Source of the DNA: a virus
Lineage: Duplodnaviria > Caudoviricetes
IMG/VR virus record: IMGVR_UViG_3300017710_000003
Location: 1 to 62,022 of that record
Direction: 5' to 3' (one strand)
Length of the DNA: 62,022 bases
The notes beneath the pieces are model-generated. The model was not told where the DNA came from and did no database searches. It was given only the letters and a program-made list of their open reading frames with translations. Of the stretch, positions 18,300 to 27,692 are shown one piece after another (the first letter of the stretch is position 1; each line of letters opens with the position of its first letter). Made by a program: the position numbers and the translations under genes.

Positions 18300-18837
18300 A
18301 TACTAGTCCTCTGCTTCGCCAAAACTCTCTTTCCATAGTTGATCTTGCTTTTGATGAGAAAGTATAATCATCTCTATATGTAAAACCATACTTTTTAAAT
18401 AATTCTATCCAGTAATGTTTATCTTCACAATTTACATGATGATGTCCTGGTTTACCTGGTTCTGAATAGGTTACAAAAACATATTTTGCACTTTGCATTA
18501 GTGACATCCAGTTATCTTCATATTGTTTTTCTACGTGCTCAACAAACTCACAACACCAAATCATATCAAATTTAGTTTTGTAATTTTCAAACTTACCTTT
18601 TGTAAAATCGTGTAATTCAAATAGTTCTGGTTTATCTCTAACAAGTGTATGATCACCATCTATACCTCTTGCGTCAATACCCATTTCAATTGCCTTATAG
18701 ACTTGACCACCTGGGCCACAACCTATATCTAACATAGACTTGACACCTAGTTCATCTCTAGCAAATCTTATTACACCTTCATCTGTGTGTGTTCTATTTT
18801 TATGTCCACCTAAGTGGTGTGGTAATGGTTCGTTCAT
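18271..18837 (-). CDS. class I SAM methyltransferase
   Basis: MLDIGCGPG, EFVEH and HHVN motifs. Confidence 0.85.
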   Translation of the reverse strand: MNEPLPHHLGGHKNRTHTDEGVIRFARDELGVKSMLDIGCGPGGQVYKAIEMGIDARGIDGDHTLVRDKPELFELHDFTKGKFENYKTKFDMIWCCEFVEHVEKQYEDNWMSLMQSAKYVFVTYSEPGKPGHHHVNCEDKHYWIELFKKYGFTYRDDYTFSSKARSTMEREFWRSRGLVFENVKSNQS

Positions 18838-19844
18838 TCTACTAACTCCTGTATGTAATCGAATATCATTGAATCTTTAAATTCATTTTCTCTAAATTCT
18901 GTATGGCACATTTCATTCCACCATTTTTGCATAGTATCTTCATCGCTATAATATATATCATTAATTTTAGATAGGTCTATATTACCTAACTTATAACCAA
19001 AGTTTGCACTTGTAGTAAAACAAGGTATACCCAACATTGTCAATTCAAATATAGATGTGCTGTTATCTAATACTGCACAATATAAAAGTGGTGCTAAATC
19101 TTTTAGAGACATATGTTTATTAAGCATAGTGTGATGTTTAGATTCATAGTCACTCATAGGGTGAGGTTTAATTAGAATTTCTTTATCAGTATGTTTTCTT
19201 ATTTCTGCAACACTTTTCTCAACAAACTCAGGACCTGGCATTGTACTAGTAGGATCGTTTTCTAATCCTGTCATAATTACTATCTTACCATCTTTATTAT
19301 TTTTCCATTTATGATGATAAAATTGTTCAGTTAATTGATCTGTGTAATTACTATTATCTATTATAAACTTTTCTAATCTATTCATACTTTTAGGTCTACA
19401 AAATTTAGCAGGTCCATATGTCCAGTGATTAAGACCCATACGATAATATTTTGGGTTCTCATCTTTCCAATGTTTGTTACCTGATAATGCTTGCCTACAC
19501 CTACTCATTGTTGCTGTTTCAAATACTATAACTTTTGTGTCATATGAATTAGCAACATCTACAAAAAATTTGTTTACTTGATTTATATAAGCTTGTCTTC
19601 TTTTATTAGTTTTAGGATGCCATTGTCTGTTTTTGTTATCACTACCCCAAGTACCAAACAAACAGATAGCGTCTGAAGTTTGTATATTCCAAAGATCATT
19701 ATAAGTCATCATTGTATTATTAAAATAATCTTCTTCGTGTTTTATAGGTATTTGATGAAATTCTATTTTTTTATTTTTTTGACTTGCAAGAGCATGATGT
19801 ACACTTTGACACACACTTTGAGTTCCTATTATAGTAAGTTTCAT
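18834..19844 (-). CDS. capsular-polysaccharide-synthesis-like glycosyltransferase (KpsS/KpsC-like)
   Basis: LEND, IKPHP and NSTSIFE...LGIP motifs. Confidence 0.55.
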   Translation of the reverse strand: MKLTIIGTQSVCQSVHHALASQKNKKIEFHQIPIKHEEDYFNNTMMTYNDLWNIQTSDAICLFGTWGSDNKNRQWHPKTNKRRQAYINQVNKFFVDVANSYDTKVIVFETATMSRCRQALSGNKHWKDENPKYYRMGLNHWTYGPAKFCRPKSMNRLEKFIIDNSNYTDQLTEQFYHHKWKNNKDGKIVIMTGLENDPTSTMPGPEFVEKSVAEIRKHTDKEILIKPHPMSDYESKHHTMLNKHMSLKDLAPLLYCAVLDNSTSIFELTMLGIPCFTTSANFGYKLGNIDLSKINDIYYSDEDTMQKWWNEMCHTEFRENEFKDSMIFDYIQELVE

Positions 19845-20248
19845 TTAGGTATCCTATCATGTGAAATATGAGTATGAGCTCTGGTCATTGCCTTATCTTC
19901 TCTTTCATTTATCATATAACCTTCTATATGTGTGTAACCATTTTGTCTTGCCCAATATACTCTTTTATTACCAGAATGTACATATAGACCTGGTTTAACT
20001 TTATCATCTACTACATGAGGTAAGTTTTTTCTTTTAAATCTTTCTAACACCCAATCATGTTCACCTGTTGATACTGATATAGGATATTTCATACCATGTT
20101 TTTTAAAACTATCTTCATAGCCAAACTCTTTCATTCTTTTCTCTAACCATTCATCTGGTGGTATACATATTAAATCATCTAAAGCAAATTGTTCTACTTT
20201 ATATTTTTTTAGTAAATCAGGATATTCATTTGCAATTAGTATCTTCAT
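19841..20248 (-). CDS. ParB/Srx N-terminal-like protein
   Basis: GMKYPI.V...SGNKRV..A...GYTHI. Confidence 0.5.
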   Translation of the reverse strand: MKILIANEYPDLLKKYKVEQFALDDLICIPPDEWLEKRMKEFGYEDSFKKHGMKYPISVSTGEHDWVLERFKRKNLPHVVDDKVKPGLYVHSGNKRVYWARQNGYTHIEGYMINEREDKAMTRAHTHISHDRIPK

Positions 20249-20562
20249 ATTCTAATTTCATTTAAATCTAATTCAATACCTTCAAGTTCGTCAGGTTTAC
20301 CTTTTGGATAATCAGGATATATTCTGTATTCTTCTTTTGTAGTATCTGATTTGCAACCTGCAACTAACCAATCCCATTGAAACTCACCTTGTACAACAAA
20401 GTCATTTATTACTTCGTATCTGCCATCTGGTAGTTTTAGTTCTAATTCTGCTCTGCACTCTTCCATACTTCTATACCAACCTTCTAATTGAAAAGTTGTT
20501 TGAGTTTCAATAGGACTATGACCTATAAGATATGCTAATATTAATATTTTAAAGTCTTGCAT
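20245..20562 (-). CDS. hypothetical protein
   Basis: hydrophobic N-terminus; SMEEC...C pair. Confidence 0.55.
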   Translation of the reverse strand: MQDFKILILAYLIGHSPIETQTTFQLEGWYRSMEECRAELELKLPDGRYEVINDFVVQGEFQWDWLVAGCKSDTTKEEYRIYPDYPKGKPDELEGIELDLNEIRI

Positions 20563-21097
20563 AACCAGCCTTTGCTACATAATAAGCGTCAACAACATCT
20601 GTCACTGGATTATTAAGTTTAGATTGATCAAATTCTTTTATTAAATCTATCTTCGTGTCTTTTACAAATTGTTCATACATTTTTAATTTATCTGCATTGC
20701 CTTTACCTGTAGCGCTTTTCTTTACTTGACCAGGTACAATACTTTCAAACCTTTTGTTCAGTTTATATAATTTATGTTTTAGTGTTCCCATATTTTCTGC
20801 AAGATTAAATACTAGACCTTTACTACCATATGAGTAGCCTTCTATAAAAATATTGTGAATACTAGTACCAATAACAGAAAGCGCCCAATCGGATATCTGA
20901 TCGTGTCGTTGTCTCTCGGTGGTATAGGGTAGATGTAGTCTGCCATTTATTTTACCATTACAAAAATCACCTTCATATTTTTTTACGTTTGTTAAATAAT
21001 ATATCTTACAATTATCAAATTTAAGCGATCCTCTACAAACGCATATAGCAGGACTAGTTAAACTATAATCAATTCCAATCGTCTTGTTCTTCTTCAT
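20549..21097 (-). CDS. RuvC-like Holliday junction resolvase
   Basis: IGIDYS, IFIEGY, VKK.ATGKGNADK and DVVDAY. Confidence 0.75.
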   Translation of the reverse strand: MKKNKTIGIDYSLTSPAICVCRGSLKFDNCKIYYLTNVKKYEGDFCNGKINGRLHLPYTTERQRHDQISDWALSVIGTSIHNIFIEGYSYGSKGLVFNLAENMGTLKHKLYKLNKRFESIVPGQVKKSATGKGNADKLKMYEQFVKDTKIDLIKEFDQSKLNNPVTDVVDAYYVAKAGYARL

Positions 21098-21239
21098 TAT
21101 CTAAAAATTCTGCGTCATCTTCATCAATCGAGGTTTCACCACCACAAAAAGGACAAGTAGTAGGTTCTAATTCTTCATTAGCCCACTTAATGCTATATTC
21201 TTCCTCACAATGAGGACATTTAATTTTTGTAGTGTTCAT
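21069..21239 (-). CDS. small zinc-ribbon protein with acidic tail (56 aa, not in ORF track)
   Basis: CPHC...CPFCG; start overlaps the nrdB stop. Confidence 0.7.
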   Translation of the reverse strand: MNTTKIKCPHCEEEYSIKWANEELEPTTCPFCGGETSIDEDDAEFLDNEEEQDDWN

Positions 21240-22339
21240 TAGAGTTTAAACTTTTTAAATTGATCTTTCTTAACGTCTTGTTTAATGCCACCAATAACAT
21301 AACTCTCTATTTCTGTTTCTTGTGGTGCATTTTGTAAACCTTTACTATTTAACCAGTGTTCAGTCCAAGGTAAAGGATTAGTTTTAGTTTCGTACTTTGA
21401 TTCAAGTCCGATGGCTCTCATTCTTCGATTACAGATAAACTCTACATATTGATGTAATAGTTTTTCTGATAGACCTATCATTGAACCTTTTTGAAACAAA
21501 TAAGTTGCCCAACGCTTCTCTTCGTTAAGTGCTTCATCATAAAGAGCATAGACTTCTTTTTCAGTATCTTTAATAACTTTGTTCATCACTTTATCATTTT
21601 CAAAATTTCTATAGCTGTTTATAATTTTTTGTGATACACCTAAATGCTGACTTTCATCTCTAGCAATAAGTGATAGAATCTTAGCTGAACCTTCCATAAG
21701 TTTAAGTTCGCCAAATGCAAATGAACAAGCAAATGATACGTAAAATCTTAAACCTTCAAGTATGTTAACCGTGACTAGTGCTTTCCATAATGCTTTCTTT
21801 AAATCATATTCACTAACACTCTTATTGTCAAGTTTATATTTGTAACCTAATAGAATTAAATTATCATATGTTTCGGTTACAGATTTAGCTCTCTTTTCAA
21901 TTTTTTCATCTTTGATTATATTATCGAATACATCACCAGGTTGTGAGTATAAGTTTTTAATAATGTAGGTATAACTTCTACTATGTATTGTTTCCATAAA
22001 ATCCCAAGTCACAATACAACTTTCTAATTCGGGTAAAGATACAAATGGTAAAAATGCTAAACAAGGTCCTCTACCTTGTACACTATCTAACATAGTTTGA
22101 TATTTTAAGTTAGATGTAAATATAAACTTTTGTGCTTCTGATAGTTGAGCATAATCATTTCTATCTTTTTGTAAAGATACTTCTTCTGGTCGCCAGAAAT
22201 AACCTAATTGTTGTTGAGTTAGTTTATCAAAGATAGGATATTTAAATGTATCATATCTTTGTACTGCTAGATCAGCGCCAAAAAACATTGATTGTTTTGT
22301 TGCGTCTAAATTTTTGTCTTTGTTAAATACGGTTTTCAT
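21239..22339 (-). CDS. nrdB: ribonucleotide reductase class Ia beta subunit
   Basis: FWRPEE, ETIHSRSY, LEGLRFY, RDESQH and APQETEI. Confidence 0.97.
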   Translation of the reverse strand: MKTVFNKDKNLDATKQSMFFGADLAVQRYDTFKYPIFDKLTQQQLGYFWRPEEVSLQKDRNDYAQLSEAQKFIFTSNLKYQTMLDSVQGRGPCLAFLPFVSLPELESCIVTWDFMETIHSRSYTYIIKNLYSQPGDVFDNIIKDEKIEKRAKSVTETYDNLILLGYKYKLDNKSVSEYDLKKALWKALVTVNILEGLRFYVSFACSFAFGELKLMEGSAKILSLIARDESQHLGVSQKIINSYRNFENDKVMNKVIKDTEKEVYALYDEALNEEKRWATYLFQKGSMIGLSEKLLHQYVEFICNRRMRAIGLESKYETKTNPLPWTEHWLNSKGLQNAPQETEIESYVIGGIKQDVKKDQFKKFKL

Positions 22340-22860
22340 TGTGCTGCCTTTACTCCTACTGCTGTTGCAATTATGTATCTCATATTATCAGTTTTGCCAA
22401 GTTGTGGTGTGTGTTGTAAATGTGAAGGCCATATATACCAATGGTTAACTTTAGGTTTGATAGACCAAAAAAAGTTTTCATCTTCAAATAATGTTCCCCT
22501 ATCACTATGATTTAAATATATAATACCAGAGTACTCTTCAACCTTCTCAATATTAGATCCTCTGATATTCACATGGTCATGCCATGTAAAATCATTTAAC
22601 TCGGTAGCAAAATACGACCAAGCCTTTTCATAAACTAATTGATAATCTTTCTTTAAAAATGATTTAAGTGCTTTATAAAAACTATTTTTATACACACTTG
22701 CTTCTTCATTTTCAAAAAGCATATTATCTGTTTGACATTTGGGATGTTCACAATTTGGGTACTCTGCACAGCACTTGTTTGTGTCAAAATACTTATTTAT
22801 AAAACTAATTGTTTTAATAGTATCATTAGAGTCTATATTATGTTTTTCAAACCAAATCAT
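22336..22860 (-). CDS. 2OG-Fe(II) oxygenase
   Basis: AW...WHDH, SGIIYL, WPSHLQH and R motifs. Confidence 0.75.
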   Translation of the reverse strand: MIWFEKHNIDSNDTIKTISFINKYFDTNKCCAEYPNCEHPKCQTDNMLFENEEASVYKNSFYKALKSFLKKDYQLVYEKAWSYFATELNDFTWHDHVNIRGSNIEKVEEYSGIIYLNHSDRGTLFEDENFFWSIKPKVNHWYIWPSHLQHTPQLGKTDNMRYIIATAVGVKAAQ

Positions 22861-23504
22861 TTATCCCTTATTTTTTCATCATAAAAGTATTTGTCACTAT
22901 CACCGAATGCCCACTTCTCTTCTTGTTCGCAAAAGAAATATCTTGTAGATACATTAAAGTCAGGCGTCTTTAATTCTTTAGGTGTTAAACTTTGTTCAAA
23001 CCAATACATTCTGTTATTTGGTTGAGCAAAGAATTGACCATTGTCTAACTTACCAAAGTTATGTTGTTTATGTTCACTTGGTACTTCACTAACACTAGCA
23101 TTTAGAATATTAGGATCAGTGTGACTACTATCTATTGTAAATAAGTATTCGCCTTTCTTTTTACCTTTACCAGGTACAAAGATTTCTACATCACAATTTT
23201 TCAATAGTCTTTTAGACCAAATGTGCATATCATAACTGAAGCCATCCCATAGACATAGTTCACCTAATCTTAATTGTTCTTCTTCTTTTATATCTTTTTT
23301 CCACACAAAGGCAGATATAGGAAACTTGTCGAAACAAGCACCATATTGAGGAAGATATGCTTCAAACATTAGCGCTCTACCTTGCATACTTTTCACTGCA
23401 AGTAAAACACACTCTTCAAACTCACCGTAACCTTTTTTTAAATCGTAAAGATATTCTTTCTTAACGAAACATTTTATGTATGGTATATTCGCTACAAATT
23501 GCAT
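22857..23504 (-). CDS. conserved phage hypothetical protein
   Basis: LDNGQFFAQPNNR motif recalled from marine phages; function unknown. Confidence 0.6.
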   Translation of the reverse strand: MQFVANIPYIKCFVKKEYLYDLKKGYGEFEECVLLAVKSMQGRALMFEAYLPQYGACFDKFPISAFVWKKDIKEEEQLRLGELCLWDGFSYDMHIWSKRLLKNCDVEIFVPGKGKKKGEYLFTIDSSHTDPNILNASVSEVPSEHKQHNFGKLDNGQFFAQPNNRMYWFEQSLTPKELKTPDFNVSTRYFFCEQEEKWAFGDSDKYFYDEKIRDK

Positions 23505-23519
23505 AATTTATCCCTTTCA

Positions 23520-25823
23520 TTATATCGTACAACTATCACAGTTCTCTTCGTCTTTTACTTCTTCCTTTTCAGGCACATTATCATTCCAACCCATTGAATG
23601 AGTTGGTTCGTCAATATCTTTTTTAGCGTCATATGTATTTTGATAATACGAAGTCTTCCAACCATACTTATGTGTATTCAATAAGTCTTCAGCCATCACT
23701 GATAATGGTACTTGTCCTTCTTCATAGTTCTCTGGATTATATGACCAGTTGCCTGATATTGCCTGATCAAAATACTTTTGCATAACAGAAACAACATTTA
23801 TATAACCTTCATTAGATTTCATATCCCATAAAAGTGTATAATTGTTTTTAAGTTTTGCATATTCAGGTACTACTTGTTTTAAAGGACCTTTTTTACTTTT
23901 CTTAATACTAATAAAATCTCTTGGTGGTTCAACACCATTTGTTGCATTAGAAACAACAGATGATGATTCACTAGGCATTTGTGCCGATAGTGTACTATGT
24001 CTCAAACCATCTTTCTTAATTTCTTTTCTTAACCATTCCCAATCAAATGTTAAATCTCTTTTTACTATTTCATCAACTTCTTTCTTATATGTATCAATAG
24101 GTAAGATACCGTCTGCATATTTCGTTCTATCAAAATAGTCACACTTACCTTTTTCTTTTGCTAATTGATTTGATGTTTTTAGTAGATAGTATTGAAACGC
24201 CTCTGTTAATTTATCTATCTGTCGCCATGCAAGTTTCTGATCATACTTATAACCTTTCTTTGCAAGGTAATGAGCAAGACCAATATAACCAATACCTAAA
24301 CTTCTTCGTGCCTTTGTAGATATTTCTGCAGCCACTACAGGATATTTTTGATGATCTATTATTTCATCTAATGCCCTAACTGCTAAATCACATAATGGTT
24401 CTAATTCATATCTTCTATTAATCTTACCAACATTGATTTCACTTAAAATACATAATGCAATTTCACCTTCTTTATCTATGTGTTGTATAGGATCAGTAGG
24501 TAAAGTAATTTCTTGGCATAAGTTTGACATATAAATTCTGTCTTTAAAACTAGAGTGTGTATTACAATGATCTATATTCATAATATAGATACGACCTGTT
24601 TCTGCTCTTTCTTTTAGTATATCAAAGATTAGTTCCTGAGCATTTATTTTTATTTTTTTTACACTAGTTTTTCTTTCTGCCTTTTCGTAAAGATCATCAA
24701 ACTCTGGCGATCCCCATGCCTCATATAATTCAGGCACTTCATGTGGTGAAAATAATGTAATATCTTTGTTCTCAATAAATCTTTCATAAAATAGTTTTGA
24801 TAATTGTATTGAGTAATCTAATTTTCTAACTCTGTTATCTTCACTACCTTTATTATTTTTTAAAACTATAATGTCTTCTATCTCTTGGTGCCATATTGGG
24901 AAGTGTACCGTAGCACTACCACCTCTTACACCATTTTGTGTGCAACACTTAACGGTTGACTCAAACTTTTTAAGAAAAGGAATAACACCTGTGTGTTGTA
25001 CTTCGCCACCTCTAATTCTACTATTGATACCTCTTATTCTACCTGCATTGATACCAATACCTGCTCTTTGAGCAACATAACTTCCTATTGCCATATCACT
25101 TGAAAAAATGGATGGCAAGGTGTCATCAACATCTACTAATACGCAACTAGCATATTGTCTCATAGGTGTTCTAACACCTGCCATAACAGGAGTAGGTATG
25201 TTAATTCTGAAAGTTGAAATAGCGTCATAGTATTTTTTTACATATGACATTCTTGTTGATTTAGGATACTTTGCAAATAAAGTAGCAGAAATCATCATGT
25301 ACATAAATTGTGGTGTTTCAAATATTTGATCTGTACTTCTATCTTGTACTAGATATTTGTCTATGACTTGTCTTAAACCTGCGTAAGTAAAATCGTAATC
25401 TCTATCATGTTTTAACCATAACTCCATTCTATCAAAATCTTTTCTTTCATAGTTATCAAATATTTCTGAGTCATAAACTTTAGCGTCAACACAACTTTTT
25501 ACTTGATCAGCAAAGTGTGGGTGATCCCATAATTTACCAAATAGTTTTTTTCTTAATGAATATAGTAAAAGTCTAGCAGCAACATATGTGTAATTAGGAT
25601 TTTCTAAAGATATTAAGTCTGAGGCTGATTTAATTAATATCTGTTGTATTTCATCTGTTGTTATACCATCATAAAATTGTAGACCACTATTCATTTCTAC
25701 CTGTGAGGCTGATACACCACTTATATCTTCACAGGCATATTCCATCATGTCATGTATCTTATCAATGTTTAGTGGTTCGTTACCACGACCGTTTCGTTTT
25801 TTGACGCTTATATTGTCCGCCAT
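23520..25823 (-). CDS. nrdA: ribonucleotide reductase class Ia alpha subunit
   Basis: ATP cone, SC, SNLCQEI, MPSESSS, YY and C-terminal CDSC. Confidence 0.97.
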   Translation of the reverse strand: MADNISVKKRNGRGNEPLNIDKIHDMMEYACEDISGVSASQVEMNSGLQFYDGITTDEIQQILIKSASDLISLENPNYTYVAARLLLYSLRKKLFGKLWDHPHFADQVKSCVDAKVYDSEIFDNYERKDFDRMELWLKHDRDYDFTYAGLRQVIDKYLVQDRSTDQIFETPQFMYMMISATLFAKYPKSTRMSYVKKYYDAISTFRINIPTPVMAGVRTPMRQYASCVLVDVDDTLPSIFSSDMAIGSYVAQRAGIGINAGRIRGINSRIRGGEVQHTGVIPFLKKFESTVKCCTQNGVRGGSATVHFPIWHQEIEDIIVLKNNKGSEDNRVRKLDYSIQLSKLFYERFIENKDITLFSPHEVPELYEAWGSPEFDDLYEKAERKTSVKKIKINAQELIFDILKERAETGRIYIMNIDHCNTHSSFKDRIYMSNLCQEITLPTDPIQHIDKEGEIALCILSEINVGKINRRYELEPLCDLAVRALDEIIDHQKYPVVAAEISTKARRSLGIGYIGLAHYLAKKGYKYDQKLAWRQIDKLTEAFQYYLLKTSNQLAKEKGKCDYFDRTKYADGILPIDTYKKEVDEIVKRDLTFDWEWLRKEIKKDGLRHSTLSAQMPSESSSVVSNATNGVEPPRDFISIKKSKKGPLKQVVPEYAKLKNNYTLLWDMKSNEGYINVVSVMQKYFDQAISGNWSYNPENYEEGQVPLSVMAEDLLNTHKYGWKTSYYQNTYDAKKDIDEPTHSMGWNDNVPEKEEVKDEENCDSCTI

Positions 25824-25832
25824 CTTGCCTCC

Positions 25833-26846
25833 TTAGCAACGCTTATATGAATTTAATTTTGTTAATGCTGATAAACCTGAATAGGTATTATCGAATATAA
25901 TATTTTGTACTTGCGTTTTTGTTTTATCGTTCATTATTAGTTCGTTTATATCTTTTTCTTTTATATCATCTGGCCATATGACCAACTTGTAATTATCATC
26001 TATCACTTTATACATTCGTTTTATTATTTCTTTATTTCTTGGTTCATTATCAAAAACAAAAACGACATCTTTTTGATCGCCTGGTAATTGTATATCTGCG
26101 CCAGCAGCTGCAATACAATTGTCAATGAATAAACTATCAATAGGACCTTCTACTATGTATATCGTCTTATGTAAATTTATTCTATCTAATCCAAATATTT
26201 TTTGTTTATTTTCATGCAACTTAAGCGTGATATATTTTGGTTGTTCTTTACCAAAAGCACGACCTTGAATTGCAAAAACTTCACCATCAACATCATAGAA
26301 AGGAATTATCAATCTAGGATGCTCATACTTTTCTGTTTCTTCACCAAATGTTCCAGGTTTTAATTTATTTACATATGCCTGAAACTTGTTGCTTAAATAT
26401 AGTTTAGAAAAATATTCTTTAGGAATTTTTCTTTTTAATACATACTTCTTTGCAGGATGTACATTATCTATTTTGTCAAAAGATTTAAGACCTTGTAGAG
26501 GCGTAATGTTGAGTTTCTTTTTTATATCACTCTTAAATCTGTCGAATAAATTATCTTCACTGATAGGTTTGTTCCCTTTATATCTTTCTAAAATATATTG
26601 GTCATATATTCTTCTATCAACTAGTTTTATAAAGTTTGCCAAATTGTGTGAAGCACTACAATTATGACATTTGAAAAACATATCATTTTTTACTCTGTAA
26701 AGATATGCTCTTGCTTTGGTTTTTGACTTCTTTGAATCGCCACAGACAGGACAACGAAAGTTAAAAAGATAATCTTTCTTTCTTTTGAATTGCTGTAATC
26801 TTGGCTGTACTTTACTGATATAATCTAAATCAACATAACTACTCAT
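25833..26846 (-). CDS. gp61: DNA primase
   Basis: CPVCGD...CHNC zinc finger; VEGPIDS TOPRIM; DNEPRN. Confidence 0.93.
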   Translation of the reverse strand: MSSYVDLDYISKVQPRLQQFKRKKDYLFNFRCPVCGDSKKSKTKARAYLYRVKNDMFFKCHNCSASHNLANFIKLVDRRIYDQYILERYKGNKPISEDNLFDRFKSDIKKKLNITPLQGLKSFDKIDNVHPAKKYVLKRKIPKEYFSKLYLSNKFQAYVNKLKPGTFGEETEKYEHPRLIIPFYDVDGEVFAIQGRAFGKEQPKYITLKLHENKQKIFGLDRINLHKTIYIVEGPIDSLFIDNCIAAAGADIQLPGDQKDVVFVFDNEPRNKEIIKRMYKVIDDNYKLVIWPDDIKEKDINELIMNDKTKTQVQNIIFDNTYSGLSALTKLNSYKRC

Positions 26847-26855
26847 ATGTTATAC

Positions 26856-26884
26856 ATTATATATCAATTCACAAAAAAAGTCAA
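26856..26884 (-). promoter_or_regulatory. sigma70 promoter for primase/nrdAB
   Basis: TTGACT-N17-TATAAT. Confidence 0.75.
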
Positions 26885-26887
26885 GTA

Positions 26888-27379
26888 CTATATCGGTAAT
26901 ATATTAAATAACTGAGGTGCCCATAGACCTAATACTATCGCAGCCCCTATGATAATCCATCTGTACTTTTCTAATACACCTACTCTTTCAGATAGACTAA
27001 TTTTGAGTTCTTTCATCTCACACATCAAACGCTTTTGTGATAGTTCGACTTCTTCTCTTAAATCTCTGACATTTTTATTTAGTCTGCTATGTAGGTCTTC
27101 AAATTTATTTTCTGATTCTACTCTTCGATTCTCTAATAGGTTGAATATGGCTTTATCTACTTCCTCTTGTTTATTTAACTTCTCATCATGCACGGCTAAC
27201 ATAGACTTTAGACTACCAGATATTTCTGTTAGTTTATCTATTGCACCATCAAGTTTGTTGCTCATCATACTAACTGATTTTACATCATTCTTTAATACTT
27301 CAATAGATGTCTTTTGTTCAATTAGTTCTTTTGCAATTTGAGCGACCGTCTTTCTTGTTTCGCCGTTACCGTTTGCCAT
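26888..27379 (-). CDS. coiled-coil protein with C-terminal membrane anchor
   Basis: heptads followed by LEKYRWIIIGAAIVLGL. Confidence 0.65.
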   Translation of the reverse strand: MANGNGETRKTVAQIAKELIEQKTSIEVLKNDVKSVSMMSNKLDGAIDKLTEISGSLKSMLAVHDEKLNKQEEVDKAIFNLLENRRVESENKFEDLHSRLNKNVRDLREEVELSQKRLMCEMKELKISLSERVGVLEKYRWIIIGAAIVLGLWAPQLFNILPI

Positions 27380-27380
27380 A

Positions 27381-27692
27381 TTAATTCGCTAGAGGATTTG
27401 ATGCTCTAATTTTTAGTTCTTTAATTTGTGCTTTTAATAACTCTATTTCTTTTTCATTTATTTTGATTAGAGTTAATTGTTTTTCAATTGTAGTGTTTTG
27501 TTCTAAAATTGTTTTATTTTGTGTCTTAAATTCTGCTTGAATTTTAGATGGTTCAACACTCTCAATTTTATTCATTATCTCACCATACTTAACAAAACCA
27601 GTACCAATAGTACCAATTAAACCAACCGTTGCAATTAAAGCTGTAAGATTGTTTTTGATTTTATCTATCATCTTTGTTCCTTTTTTCTTCAC
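27381..27692 (-). CDS. membrane-anchored coiled-coil protein
   Basis: N-terminal TM, coiled coil, ends NPLAN. Confidence 0.6.
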   Translation of the reverse strand: MKKKGTKMIDKIKNNLTALIATVGLIGTIGTGFVKYGEIMNKIESVEPSKIQAEFKTQNKTILEQNTTIEKQLTLIKINEKEIELLKAQIKELKIRASNPLAN

